In this document: positions 27,916 to 38,202 of the stretch, in pieces
How the letters are laid out: the number at the start of each line of letters is the position of its first letter
Position numbering within the stretch: position 1 is the stretch's first letter
NCBI GenBank assembly: GCA_963796445.1
Contig: CAWCLQ010000020.1
Span: 55,455-119,454, forward strand
DNA from: an uncultured Alphaproteobacteria bacterium
GTDB taxonomy: Bacteria > Pseudomonadota > Alphaproteobacteria > Rhodobacterales > Rhodobacteraceae
Direction: 5' to 3'
Length of the DNA stretch: 64,000 nucleotides
Position numbers and translations under genes: made by a program
The notes under the pieces: model-generated
Told to the model about the DNA's origin: nothing
What the model saw: only the letters and a program-made list of their open reading frames with translations
Database searches by the model: none

Positions 27916-28590
27916 TTAGTCCCGATCACCTTGCGACAGGCTCAACAGCGCCGTCGGCCTCTGAATTGTAATGGAATAGCTGTTTTCGATCGCTATAATC
28001 TTGCTTTTTCTGAGTTGCGTAAACGTCCGGCTGACGGTTTCCGTGGTCAGACCCAGAAAATCAGCGATGTCGGATCGGCTCATTGGCAGGGTGAATTGCA
28101 TATGGTCGCCCACGCTGACGCCAACGCGCTCAGACAGGACGCACAGGAATGACGCCAGCTTTTCCACCGCCGACTTGCGCCCGAGCATCATGAAGTGATC
28201 TTGCATCGCGCTGATCTCGCGCAGCGCTGCTTGTAATAGTGCGCTGTGAAGGGCGGGATCACCTTCGCCGCTTTCAAGATGTGCACGGCGGTAGGGTTGC
28301 AAACGCGCTTCAGTCAGACTTTCGCAATCTGTGTGATGCAGCCCATCGGCGGGAAAGCCGATAATGTCGCCGGGGTAGCCAAAAGCGATGACTTGTCTAC
28401 GGCCATCTGACAGCAGCCGCGTCAAACGGACAACGCCGCTGGTAATTTGGTATAGCCATTCAACCTCGTCCCCCTCAAGGTAGAGATACGCGCCGGGTTT
28501 CAGACGTGTTTCGGCGGTTGTTGGCGCGCGGCAGATCGCGGCGGGGTAGGGGGTGTCAAAATGGTGTTCTGTGGGAATCGTGACGTACAT
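27916..28590 (-). CDS. Crp/Fnr-family transcription regulator (FixK/Dnr-like; no N-terminal Cys cluster)
   Basis: cNMP-binding-like beta-roll. The C-terminal HTH has the E--SR recognition motif (TTETVSRTF) typical of regulators binding TTGAT-N4-ATCAA. Confidence 0.85.
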   Translation of the reverse strand: MYVTIPTEHHFDTPYPAAICRAPTTAETRLKPGAYLYLEGDEVEWLYQITSGVVRLTRLLSDGRRQVIAFGYPGDIIGFPADGLHHTDCESLTEARLQPYRRAHLESGEGDPALHSALLQAALREISAMQDHFMMLGRKSAVEKLASFLCVLSERVGVSVGDHMQFTLPMSRSDIADFLGLTTETVSRTFTQLRKSKIIAIENSYSITIQRPTALLSLSQGDRD

Positions 28591-28712
28591 CGGCTAGCCT
28601 CCCTTTTCATGTTGGGGCCAACTTGAATGCCGATTGTAATATGCATTATTGTGAATACGAATCTTTTTGTATCATTATGTAATCCCCGAAACGACGACGC
28701 TGAGCTACCCCT

Positions 28713-29537
28713 TTGTACCGGAACTGCGATCTGGTATGTGAGGCAGAGAAAGAGGCCAATTTGACTGAGCAGACCGTCTTAATCGTGGATGATGACCCGA
28801 AAATCCGAACCCTTTTGCGCAATGTGCTGGAGAGTGATGGATTTGCGGTGCAAGAAGCGGAAGCGGCCGATGGTGTGCATCAGGCGTTGTCTCAAGGTCA
28901 TATCTCGCTCATCACTTTAGATATCCATTTGGGCAAGGAAAACGGGGTCGATCTGGCGCGTGACATTCGACGTACCTCTAACGTGCCGATTATAATGGTC
29001 ACGGGCAAGGACGACGTGATCGACCGTATTGTGGGGCTAGAGGTTGGTGCAGATGACTATATCACCAAGCCATTTCATGTGCGCGAAGTCACGGCGCGTA
29101 TTCGCAGTGTCTTGCGGCGGACAAAAGACCATGCAGCTGTGCAACCACAAGAGCATGCCGCGCCAGAGCCGCAAGACACAAAACGCAGCCGTCACTATTG
29201 TTTTGACGGAATGACGGCAATTCCGGACGAACTTCACCTGATGGATCGAAACAATCGGGAATGCGTGTTGACCAGCGGTGACTTCAAACTGCTGACCGTG
29301 TTTTTGGAGCGCCCCAAGCGCGTGCTGTCGCGCGACCAACTGATGAGCCACATAGGTGGCATAGATTGGAACCCGCTGGACCGAACGATCGATAACCAGA
29401 TAGCGCGCTTGCGCAAGAAAATCGAACGCGACCCTTCAAACCCGAAAATCATCAAGACCGTGCGCGGTGTTGGCTATACGCTTGCATGTGACATAACAAT
29501 TAACGATCCCTCAGTGTCGCCCGGAAAACGGGCCTAA
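28713..29537 (+). CDS. OmpR-family response regulator (REC + winged helix)
   Basis: VLIVDDDPKIR, ITLDIHLG, IIMVTGK. wHTH: LTSGDFKLLTVFLERP...IKTVRGVGYTL. The true start is possibly downstream of 28713. Confidence 0.85.
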   Translation: MYRNCDLVCEAEKEANLTEQTVLIVDDDPKIRTLLRNVLESDGFAVQEAEAADGVHQALSQGHISLITLDIHLGKENGVDLARDIRRTSNVPIIMVTGKDDVIDRIVGLEVGADDYITKPFHVREVTARIRSVLRRTKDHAAVQPQEHAAPEPQDTKRSRHYCFDGMTAIPDELHLMDRNNRECVLTSGDFKLLTVFLERPKRVLSRDQLMSHIGGIDWNPLDRTIDNQIARLRKKIERDPSNPKIIKTVRGVGYTLACDITINDPSVSPGKRA

Positions 29538-29680
29538 AATCGCAGCGCCGTTTGTGGCGGGCGGAGCGTTTCACATTCACTGATCTGGCGGGGACAAATA
29601 CGCATATTTTAAGATGCTGTATGGTGGCTAGGTTTTTTTGTTGATCCGCTAAAGCCGCGCGTCACACCTTCAGTGGTCGA

Positions 29681-29694
29681 TTGATTTTCATCAA
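29681..29694. promoter_or_regulatory. Perfect FNR/FixK box TTGATTTTCATCAA
   Basis: 14/14 match to TTGAT-N4-ATCAA, 42-55 nt upstream of the host-attachment-protein ORF. Confidence 0.6.
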
Positions 29695-29735
29695 CGGGTC
29701 TGGGGGTTGTTTATGACAAACTGCCACGACCAAAG

Positions 29736-30185
29736 ATGGAGTTTACAATGAAACCAGTGGTAACGTGGGTCGTCTTGGCGAATACAAGGTCCGCCAAGGT
29801 TTTGGAACATCGCGGGCCGGGTAAGGGGCTGGCCGAGTTGCATCAACAAACCTGGGCCGCGCCCGAGGCAGGTGTGCCACAAGACAGCGCGGGTGTAGGC
29901 CACAGTATCGCGGGACCCGGGCGTGCTGCGGTGGATCAAACAGATCCACAGGATGTGGTCGACGCCAAGTTCGCCAAGATCATTATTCACGATTTGTCGA
30001 AAGCGCTGTCCGCAAAACGGTTCGATAGGCTGATCCTGATTGCCGGACCCCATATGCTTGGCTTGCTGCGTTCGTATACTGGCAACGCGCTACATGGCGC
30101 GATTGTAGGAGAACTGCCAAAGGATCTATCAAACCAACCAATGGACGCGGTTGAAAGCCATCTTGGGGATTTGATCGCCGTGTAA
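29736..30185 (+). CDS. Host attachment protein family (Host_attach) protein
   Basis: WVVLANTRSAKVLEH ... FAKIIIHDLSKALSAKRFDRLILIAGPHMLGLLR fits the family pattern. The start is at 29736 or 29748. Confidence 0.6.
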   Translation: MEFTMKPVVTWVVLANTRSAKVLEHRGPGKGLAELHQQTWAAPEAGVPQDSAGVGHSIAGPGRAAVDQTDPQDVVDAKFAKIIIHDLSKALSAKRFDRLILIAGPHMLGLLRSYTGNALHGAIVGELPKDLSNQPMDAVESHLGDLIAV

Positions 30186-30362
30186 GCCCGTGCAGTGGTA
30201 TTCAGATCGGAAAAGCCAAGCGTAACGTGGTGCGTCGTAGGTAGCGCTTGTCCGGTGTGCCAAAGGCACGACCGCGGCGAAATGTGCGCGCTTTGCTTTG
30301 CCGGTGTTGTGGGCCGCTGGCTGAACGGAAACGTCCAAGAAGTCTGCCAGCATTGATTATTG

Positions 30363-31508
30363 TCAGCGCGATGCCTGTCGTATCTGCTGGCCTTGTTCGC
30401 GTGCATGCAAATACTGGGTCAGATCGGATAGGGTGATTACCCCCAAAAGATCATGATCGGATACTACCATGAATTTGCGGCGTCCTGTGGCCGTGATTTG
30501 TTCAAGCAAATCCTGAACCGGCATGTCTGCGCCAATCATGATGTCGGTGTCCAAACCCACAAATACATCACCGACCCGCGTGGTGGCCCAGTTTTCACGT
30601 TCAATACTGGCAAGAACTGATGCATCAATGTGACCGAGCAAAACGTCGTTTTCAGTTACGGGGACAAAAGTTACATGCGCCTGTAGCATGATTTGGTTCA
30701 CAAAATCAGACAGCATTATGTCTGGGCTGACAGTGACCGGGTTTCGGGTCATCAAGGCTTCTACCGCCCGGCCTTCGAAAGCCGTTTTCGCGAGCTCCTG
30801 AGTATAGCTCGCGCGCGATGCGAGCAGAACGAACGTACCGATCATGATTTGCCACATGCCTGATGCCATTGCGCCTTGGAACAGGGTTATCACCCCCATG
30901 CTCATCAGCAGATACGCTAGAAACGTACCCGAGCGTGCCGCTGTCCGGGTCGCGCCCAATATATCACCTGTTTTGTGCCATAATATCGCGCGCAAAACAC
31001 GGCCACCATCCAATGGAAAGGCAGGAATAAGATTGAACAAAGCGAGCACCAGATTGACGATTGCAAGATAGGAAAGAAGCTCAACCGGTGCCATGGGGCT
31101 GCCTGACGAAGCGGCAAAGTGCTTGAGTATCCAGAACGCAAAGGCAAGACACAGTGACATCGCAGGGCCTGCAACTGCGATCCAGAATTCTACGCGGGCT
31201 GAGGTTGGTTCTTGTTCAAGCTCAGCCACGCCGCCAAACAAAAACAGTGTAATGCTCTTAATCTGTACTCCGAAATGGCGTGCCACGACAGAATGAGCCA
31301 GCTCGTGCAGCAACAGCGATGCAAAGAGACCCAGCATCGCCAAAATGGCGATCGTCAGATACAGCGTCGCATCCGCTCCGGGCAGGACATGCGGGAAATA
31401 CTGGCGGGACAAGCTCCATGTAATGAGCGCGGCCAAGAGCAGCCAACTGGGGTCGACCTTGATATCAAACTTGTTGAGTGAAAAGATTTTTACAGCATTT
31501 CCGAACAT
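30363..31508 (-). CDS. Site-2 protease (M50 family) with a C-terminal CBS pair
   Basis: HELAHSVVARHFG (HExxH), NLIPAFPLDGGRVL, then the CBS region. The start at 31508 (MFGNAVKIF) is preferred over the ORF-track start at 31634. Confidence 0.8.
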   Translation of the reverse strand: MFGNAVKIFSLNKFDIKVDPSWLLLAALITWSLSRQYFPHVLPGADATLYLTIAILAMLGLFASLLLHELAHSVVARHFGVQIKSITLFLFGGVAELEQEPTSARVEFWIAVAGPAMSLCLAFAFWILKHFAASSGSPMAPVELLSYLAIVNLVLALFNLIPAFPLDGGRVLRAILWHKTGDILGATRTAARSGTFLAYLLMSMGVITLFQGAMASGMWQIMIGTFVLLASRASYTQELAKTAFEGRAVEALMTRNPVTVSPDIMLSDFVNQIMLQAHVTFVPVTENDVLLGHIDASVLASIERENWATTRVGDVFVGLDTDIMIGADMPVQDLLEQITATGRRKFMVVSDHDLLGVITLSDLTQYLHAREQGQQIRQASR

Positions 31509-31557
31509 GACGAACTCATCGTTTTTCACCAAGATAGCAAAGCTTTTTGCGGACTGA

Positions 31558-31571
31558 TTGATATGCCTCAA
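31558..31571. promoter_or_regulatory. FNR/FixK-like box TTGATATGCCTCAA (1 mismatch)
   Basis: 50-63 nt upstream of the preferred S2P start at 31508. Confidence 0.45.
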
Positions 31572-31866
31572 ACCGTATGGGGAAGGACGGCGCTTCCCAT
31601 AGATCATGAGCTGAGTGAAAATTACTGTCTGCAACAGTCAACACGCACGGTGCCGGTAAAAAGTTGTAAGGCAGGACGAAGGACCAGCCTTTGCAAAAGC
31701 TTCTGGTGTTCGCTCTTTTTGCAGAATGGGGCAACCGAAACAGCAACCGGCATGAGCCTTAAGACTGTGATGCCACCCTGTGTCATGCACACAGCCTGTA
31801 CCGTTCACGCTAAATGCTATTGAGCGATGTCAAAGGGCAGTTTGGCTTGTTTGCTATTCATTTGCT

Positions 31867-32904
31867 ATGCAAATTCCCGCCACCACCCTACTTCAAAGTA
31901 CCTTGTGTTTTGTGCTCTGCGCGACGGTGATCTGGATCGCCGGAGCGCGGCTGGCCTATATGGCGGATAGTCTTGCGGATCGGTACAAGCTTGCGAAGTC
32001 TCTGGTTGGATTGTTGTTTCTGTCACTCGCAACATCCTTACCTGAAGTCGCGACAACACTCACCGCAGCGGTGGGGCAGGCGCGTGACCTTGTTCTCAAC
32101 AATCTGTTCGGGGGAATCACTTTGCAAACGGCCATTTTAGCCATGTCAGACTTTTGGGCGCGCGGGCCCATCACGAATTATCCACGCAATGCCACACACG
32201 CACTTGAGGCAACGCTACTCGTTTTATTGCTCTCTTTGGCGTTGATCATCACAAGCCTCGGGGAGACGTTTGTAATTGGTGGGGTCGGTTTGGGAAGCGT
32301 TTGCATTGCGGTATTTTACGTTGGGGCCATCTGGTTGCTTCGTAAATATGACAACAGAAGTGACTGGGTCCCCGTTGATCTACCAGATCCCGACCCGCTT
32401 GCATTCCCCGCGCCTACGGGGTTAACGCAGGCGACTGATGCCTCATTGATCTGGCAATCGGTTGCAGCCTGTGCGGCGATTTTGTTGTTTGGTCTTTTGT
32501 TGGTGCTCTTTGCCGATAGAATTGCAGACCAATCCGGCCTTGGAACCGGTTTTATCGGGGTGACATTATTGGCGGCAGCGACATCGCTGCCGGAGCTTAC
32601 GACCAGTATCGCCGCTGTGCGTATCGGCGCCTACACAATGGCCATTTCCAATATTTTCGGCAGCAATTTGATCATGCTTGTGCTGGTTTTTCCTGCAGAT
32701 ATTCTTTTCCGCAGCGGCCCCATTCTTCAGCAGACGTCCCAGACCGTCAGCTTGGCTCTGGCGTTTGGTCTGGCCGTTACAGCGATCTATCTGACCGGGC
32801 TGATCGTGCGGCGAAAGCCAAAAATCGGTGTCTTCGGCTTGGATTCAATCCTTGTGCTTGTCACCTTTCTGGCAAGCCTCGCGGCCTACTACTATGTGCG
32901 TTGA
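31867..32904 (+). CDS. Cation:proton/calcium antiporter (CaCA family)
   Basis: Two alpha-repeats, LSLATSLPEV and LAAATSLPEL. About 10 TM helices. The internal ATG at 31867 is preferred. Confidence 0.7.
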   Translation: MQIPATTLLQSTLCFVLCATVIWIAGARLAYMADSLADRYKLAKSLVGLLFLSLATSLPEVATTLTAAVGQARDLVLNNLFGGITLQTAILAMSDFWARGPITNYPRNATHALEATLLVLLLSLALIITSLGETFVIGGVGLGSVCIAVFYVGAIWLLRKYDNRSDWVPVDLPDPDPLAFPAPTGLTQATDASLIWQSVAACAAILLFGLLLVLFADRIADQSGLGTGFIGVTLLAAATSLPELTTSIAAVRIGAYTMAISNIFGSNLIMLVLVFPADILFRSGPILQQTSQTVSLALAFGLAVTAIYLTGLIVRRKPKIGVFGLDSILVLVTFLASLAAYYYVR

Positions 32905-35468
32905 CCCTTAAGGCGCAGCGTTTTGAGAACCTCAGGCAGGATGATGATTGGTAAGGCGAACAGACCGATCAGTAACCATTGATCTACCCCCATAGGCACG
33001 GTGCGCAACATGGTCTGTAACGGGGCCCAATAGATGGCGAGCACCTGCGCGCCAATCGTCAAGGCGAGGGCTGCCAGCAAGAACGGATTGCTGAACCATC
33101 CGATGCGCCATCCGGGAAGATGCAACGACCGGAATGCGAAAACGCTGACTTTTTCAAAAACCACCATGGCCGTGAAACCTGTGGTTCTCGCCAAATCCAC
33201 CCCTTGATCCATCAGATGAAAGAATATCCACAGGCTGGACAGCCCGGTGTATGTGCCCAGCAAGACGATGGTCACAATGCCATTGGTTCCCAAAATCGCC
33301 GTTTCTTTATCGCGCGGAGCTTGCTGCATCTGATCTGGTTCCGACTTTTCCAAGCCAAGCGCTACGGCTGTCACGCCATCAGTCACAAGATTCATCCACA
33401 AGATTTGAGTGGCGAGGAACACCAGCGGCCCGCCAATGGCGATGTTCACAACCAGCGCAATGACTTCGCCCGCGTTTGATGACAACAGGTAGCGGACAAA
33501 CTTTTGTACATTCGCAAACTGGCGGCGGCCTTCACGGATGGCACGAACGATCGTGGCAAAGTTGTCGTCAAGCAGAACGAGATCGGAAGCATCCCGCGCG
33601 ACATCGGTGCCTCTGATGCCCATTGAAACCCCGATATCGGCTTGTCGAAGGGCGGGCGCGTCATTTACCCCGTCGCCGGTCATCGCAACGATCTGCCCTT
33701 GTGCTTGCAAGGCGGAAACGATGCGCATTTTTTGTTCGGGCTTGGTCCGGGCAAAAAGAACGTCACCCTGCAAAACTGCGGAAAGTGCGTCATCATCCAA
33801 TGCGTCCAGATCGTGCCCTGTCAGTTCCCGTGACACACCCAAGGACAACTGTTTCGCGATAGCTCCGGCGGTAATCGGGCTGTCACCGGTAATCATGACA
33901 ACCTTGATGCCTGCAGCCCGCGCCATGGCAATGGCATCCGCAACTTCCGCACGCGGCGGGTCAATGAGACCAACAAGCCCCAGGAACGTCATGGACCCCT
34001 CTACGATCTGTTCATCCGGCGCTGGGCGGCACGCCATCGCAATGATGCGCAATCCTTGCTGAGCGAGCTGCGCATAGGCTGCCGAAATCCGATCCTGGTC
34101 TGCTCCGTTCATTGTGCGAACGCCGTCCTGCGTCATCACCTGAGTACATATTTCAAGCACTTGTTCGGGTGCGCCCTTGGTCAGCACCATGCATTCGGTG
34201 TTCGACCGGTACAAAACGCTCATGCGTTTGCGCGCACTGCTGAATGGAATTTCGGCCAGCAGCCCGCGATCGTCGGGCAAATCACACCACCCTTTGTACC
34301 CAAGCGTGATAAGCGCCCCTTCGGTCGGTGCACCGGTCATATGCCAGTGCCCATCCAGCTGTGTGAGCCGGGCATGGCTGCAGTACAGTCCGGCTTGTAA
34401 CACGGCTTTCAGAACCTCATCATCTGCCGCGCGCACCCGTGCCCCCTTCAGCGCAATGTGCCCCGCTGGATCATAGCCCGTACCCGTCACATTGTAGTCA
34501 TGCTCCAGAGTCCAGATATGCGTTGCGGTCATCTTGTTTTCGGTCAAAGTCCCGGTTTTGTCCGTGCAAATGACGGATGCGGCCCCCAATGTCTCAACAG
34601 CTTGCAAACGACGCGCCAGCGCCTTTTGCCGAACCATTGCTGTCGCGCCCAATGCAAGTGTAATCGTTACCACCGCTGGTAGCCCTTCAGGCACCATCGC
34701 CACGGACAGCGAAAGGCCTGTCATGACCATCTCGATCACGTCACGACCTACCGCCAGCCCGAGCACAGCCACGCCCGATGCTAAAAAAAGTGCGGCAATG
34801 CCAAGTTGTCGAGCGAGATGACCGAGCTTTACCTGCAGGTTGGTGATTTTGGCTTCAACAGAGCCGGTGAGCACCGCAATTTTCCCAAACTCGGTGCGCG
34901 CGCCTGTTGCAGTGACCTGCGCCTCTGCGCGCCCGGCTGTTACGGATGTGCCTGCAAAGATCTGAGAGTCACCCGCATCAAGGCTCTTGGCAACTGTTAC
35001 GGATTCCCCGGTAAGAACGCTTTCGTCAACCGCAAGTTCGGCAGATCGGATTAGGGTGGCATCTGCTGCCACCCTGTCTCCTGGTGACAGAACCAGAATG
35101 TCCCCCGGTACGATTTCTTTCGCTGGAACAACCTGTTCCTGGCCATCTCGCAGTACCATCGCTTGTGGCGACATCAGCTTACGTAAAGCACTAAGCGCTG
35201 TCTCGGCTTTCCACTCTTGTACGAACCCCAGACCGGCGTTCAGCAAGACCACTAAACCAATTGTCGCCGCATCCACCTTTTCACCAAGGACCAGCGCGAC
35301 AACAGCGGCAACAATCAGGATCAACACTAGAAAACTGGAGAACTGCCGTAAAAAAACCCGCCATGGCCCTGTCTGCTTCACGGTTGGTAATTCGTTCCAG
35401 CCATATTGGGCACGCGCCGCCAGCACGTCACGGGGTGTCAGACCTTTTTGCCGCGCTTCTTCAAACAC
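32892..35468 (-). CDS. Cation-transporting P-type ATPase (P2, Ca2+/Mg2+-type)
   Basis: ICTDKTGTLT, MITGDSPITA, MTGDGVNDAPAL. 858 aa. The 3' end overlaps the convergent antiporter gene by 13 nt. Confidence 0.9.
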   Translation of the reverse strand: MFEEARQKGLTPRDVLAARAQYGWNELPTVKQTGPWRVFLRQFSSFLVLILIVAAVVALVLGEKVDAATIGLVVLLNAGLGFVQEWKAETALSALRKLMSPQAMVLRDGQEQVVPAKEIVPGDILVLSPGDRVAADATLIRSAELAVDESVLTGESVTVAKSLDAGDSQIFAGTSVTAGRAEAQVTATGARTEFGKIAVLTGSVEAKITNLQVKLGHLARQLGIAALFLASGVAVLGLAVGRDVIEMVMTGLSLSVAMVPEGLPAVVTITLALGATAMVRQKALARRLQAVETLGAASVICTDKTGTLTENKMTATHIWTLEHDYNVTGTGYDPAGHIALKGARVRAADDEVLKAVLQAGLYCSHARLTQLDGHWHMTGAPTEGALITLGYKGWCDLPDDRGLLAEIPFSSARKRMSVLYRSNTECMVLTKGAPEQVLEICTQVMTQDGVRTMNGADQDRISAAYAQLAQQGLRIIAMACRPAPDEQIVEGSMTFLGLVGLIDPPRAEVADAIAMARAAGIKVVMITGDSPITAGAIAKQLSLGVSRELTGHDLDALDDDALSAVLQGDVLFARTKPEQKMRIVSALQAQGQIVAMTGDGVNDAPALRQADIGVSMGIRGTDVARDASDLVLLDDNFATIVRAIREGRRQFANVQKFVRYLLSSNAGEVIALVVNIAIGGPLVFLATQILWMNLVTDGVTAVALGLEKSEPDQMQQAPRDKETAILGTNGIVTIVLLGTYTGLSSLWIFFHLMDQGVDLARTTGFTAMVVFEKVSVFAFRSLHLPGWRIGWFSNPFLLAALALTIGAQVLAIYWAPLQTMLRTVPMGVDQWLLIGLFALPIIILPEVLKTLRLKGQRT

Positions 35469-35526
35469 CTGTATCGCCCTGTTTTGGAAGTTCTGTTACC
35501 GTATCAGCGCAATTCAAATGTGAGTA

Positions 35527-35540
35527 TTGAGCAATATCAA
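35527..35540. promoter_or_regulatory. FNR/FixK-like box TTGAGCAATATCAA (1 mismatch)
   Basis: In the divergent region between the P-type ATPase (start 35468) and the phasin-like gene (35601). Confidence 0.45.
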
Positions 35541-35600
35541 CCGGCCACGCACATCGGGGCGCACAATTGGGCAAAAATGTCTCGGATTCGAGGAACTCGA

Positions 35601-35961
35601 ATGGGCAATACATCTTCAATAAGGGCCACATCCAGCTCTGACACTGCAAAACCAGCTGATAAAATGGCCAACCTTCAACGGGCAAATTTGGGCAGCATGA
35701 TGGGTTTGGGGGGGCGTGTGTATGGAAGCCATCAGTGACATGGGCGCGGAGGTCGCAAGCTTCATAGCCGAGCGCATCAGGGAGGCTGTCAAAGCCCAAC
35801 ACGCAATCCTGAACTGTAAAACCGCTGCTGATCTTCAACATGTTCAGGCGGCTTTCGTGCAAAAAGCGGTGGCGGAGTATCAGGCTGAAACGGGCAAACT
35901 ACTGCAAATGGGCACAGAAGCCCTTGCCGCACAGACGGAGTGGAAAACCGGCAAGTGCTAG
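35601..35961 (+). pseudogene. Phasin-family protein interrupted by a frameshift in a G7 run
   Basis: Frame 1 reads ...MANLQRANLGSMMGLGG. Frame 2 continues CMEAISDMGAEVASFIAERIREAVKAQHAILNCKTAADLQHVQAAFVQKAVAEYQAETGKLL. The switch coincides with GGGGGGG at 35708-35714. Confidence 0.55.
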
Positions 35962-36199
35962 TGGCGCTCTTTAGCGCCGTCGCACCACGCGCTGTGACTG
36001 TACACTTGCTGAGCAGGCTTGCTCGAAACCTCCGTGTCTCTGAAACACAGGGTTCTAACAAGTTTAACAGCGCAACTTTGGAGCATTCCCGAGGCGCGTC
36101 AAGTGAGGGGGCAGAGAGTGCCTGCAACGTGTTTATCGCCCAAAGCTGGACGCCTGCTGTGGTTGTGCGCTTGGGCGTTCCGTTTCATGTGGCGTATGC

Positions 36200-36808
36200 T
36201 TGTGTCTGATGTACATCTTTATTTTTGACAAAAATCAATTGGAAGCGGTTGGGCCGGGGTATTTTCCAACGAAACTGAAAAAAGTAGTTTCGAGGCAAAC
36301 CATTTTGACAAACAGTATTCCAAGCTTTTACGGCCTGTCGCCAGAGCTGACCAATTTGCTTTCAAGTCACACGAGCTCCGTTTATTTCGAACGGGGTGCC
36401 AGTATTTTTGACATGGGAAAGCCGGTCCAGCCCTTTTTGTTGCTGGTCTCTGGTGCCATGCGGGTCCAGTCTGTGTCCGACATGGGCAGCGAAGTCCTGC
36501 TCTGCCGCGTTAATGCAGTCAAAGGCTGCATCTTGGTGCCGACGTGTTCTTTCGTGGAAACTGGCCATGCGGCAGAGGGCATCGCAGAGACCGACATCGA
36601 AGCAGTTTTGATCCCCGAAAAGACGTTCAACGATATTTTGGCGGTCTCCAGGGAATTCAGAGCTATGGTGTTTGCCGCGTATGCAAACCGGATGACAGAT
36701 GTTTTCAATGCTATCGAGCACGCCGCGTTCGAGCATGCAGACACTTGGGGGTTTCTACAGCAGGGCGAGTTGAATCACCCTATTGGACCTGTTCACATCA
36801 GGCACTGA
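36200..36808 (+). CDS. Crp/Fnr-like cyclic-nucleotide-binding-domain protein, probably degenerate (HTH region out of frame)
   Basis: Beta-roll-like region (GASIFDMGKPVQPFLLLVSGAMRV). An HTH-like remnant (EKLAIERFVSERRLL) lies in the next frame (36783-37052). The FNR-like box at 36225 implies a start downstream of 36200. Confidence 0.45.
   Translation: MCLMYIFIFDKNQLEAVGPGYFPTKLKKVVSRQTILTNSIPSFYGLSPELTNLLSSHTSSVYFERGASIFDMGKPVQPFLLLVSGAMRVQSVSDMGSEVLLCRVNAVKGCILVPTCSFVETGHAAEGIAETDIEAVLIPEKTFNDILAVSREFRAMVFAAYANRMTDVFNAIEHAAFEHADTWGFLQQGELNHPIGPVHIRH
36225..36238. promoter_or_regulatory. FNR/FixK-like box TTGACAAAAATCAA (1 mismatch)
   Basis: Immediately upstream of the conserved part of the Crp-like ORF. 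Confidence 0.4.
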
Positions 36809-37970
36809 AAAACTGGCGATTGAACGATTTGTTTCAGAGCGCCGACTTCTGACATCCTTCAAGGCACCGGATCATGATGAATGTGTGATGAAGTGGCAGT
36901 ATATAGCCGTAGAAATTGCGTGTGCCCCATCAAAGTGTGTTGCCTTTGCCAGCGACGAGAACCCATTGTCGTGGTCAGGCAAAGATCTAAACGAAATGCG
37001 CAACAAACCGCAGGGAAGATTTGAGCACTCAAATATAACAATAAAAACATAAATTTACGGGGTAATTTGTGTCATTAAAACGTGCAATGTAGTTGATGGT
37101 TTTTTCTAGCAAAAAATGGTTTTGGTCTGCAAATGCTGTGGTCAGCGGTGAAAGTACTTTTGCTTCTCACCTCGGTGCCTTGGTTGCGGTCGCAATTGAA
37201 GCTGCTTCTGGAACTGCACCTTGCGCAATGGGAAGATAGGTTTCCTACAAGCATTTGGCGCGGTTTGCATGCGACTTGAAAGCTTGTTTGAAAGATCACC
37301 TGTCATGCGCCACCTAAGTCAGTGCGGCGTGGATTTTGCGTCCATTGGTGGAAACCTCCAAGATGCGAAACAGCATAGCCGTCGCATGGGGCGTTCGTGT
37401 AGGCAAGTCGGAACCCAGAAAACAAACGTTATTGCAAAGCCTTTGGCGCGCCGATAGGCACCGACAAACACACTGAAACCGAGCTGCATTCGGCAAAGGC
37501 CAAAGCCTTAAACAAGTATATGCGCAGCCTTCTGCACAGCGGTGTGAAGGCCATTGATGCGTTTTGATGGACGGATCCGTGCATTTGCACGCCGGTATTT
37601 CGTTTGGGTCCTGCAGGCAACAGTTCTGTCTCAAAGCCCGCTAAAATTTATCATACCTGCAATTTTGGGTTGTCCCGATCCGGACGCTAGGTAAATTTAG
37701 TACCGAGAACCCTCCTACGGTTCTGGTCTTTTACGAGTGCCCGTCACGGGTTTGGTCAACTCCCGGCCGGCATGATCTGTACTGCGCATCTCTCGGCCAG
37801 TATGTGCCGGCCGGATCGCCCGTCTATTGAACAGACTGGTTCGCAACACGGTCGATAGCTCTTCACATTCCACCGCGTGCGTTGCCTTAGTGCATCGGTC
37901 GCGCGCCCTTTTGGGCATTGCCCGGCGCAGTGCGTTGCAAAGCACGACTGTTAAATTTTATTCTTATTGA

Positions 37971-38096
37971 ATGAAGAGAGGCTATTTGTCCTTTGCTATC
38001 CTAGAACGGATATTGGTTGGCTTGGCTGTCGCCTTGGCCCTCGTTGCCTTCTTTGCAGCGGGCAGTATCGTTCTTGACGCTTTGTTTAGTGCCTGA
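37971..38096 (+). CDS. Candidate 41-aa single-TM peptide
   Basis: MKRGYLSFAILERILVGLAVALALVAFFAAGSIVLDALFSA. Paralogous in pattern to the ORF at 38203. No clear Shine-Dalgarno. Confidence 0.3.
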   Translation: MKRGYLSFAILERILVGLAVALALVAFFAAGSIVLDALFSA

Positions 38097-38202
38097 CCCC
38101 CTATCGTTCTCGTTGCTTGCGCGGCCCGAGTTTTTGTTGCCGAAATCGTCACTCTCCACTAGGATGTGCCTTACGAGCAGGTAAAAAAAATGGTTCAAAA
38201 AC

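Noticed and set aside
36783-37052. 89-aa plus ORF as an independent gene
   Set aside because: It more likely contains the out-of-frame HTH remnant of the Crp-like gene (EKLAIERFVSERRLL) followed by non-coding sequence.
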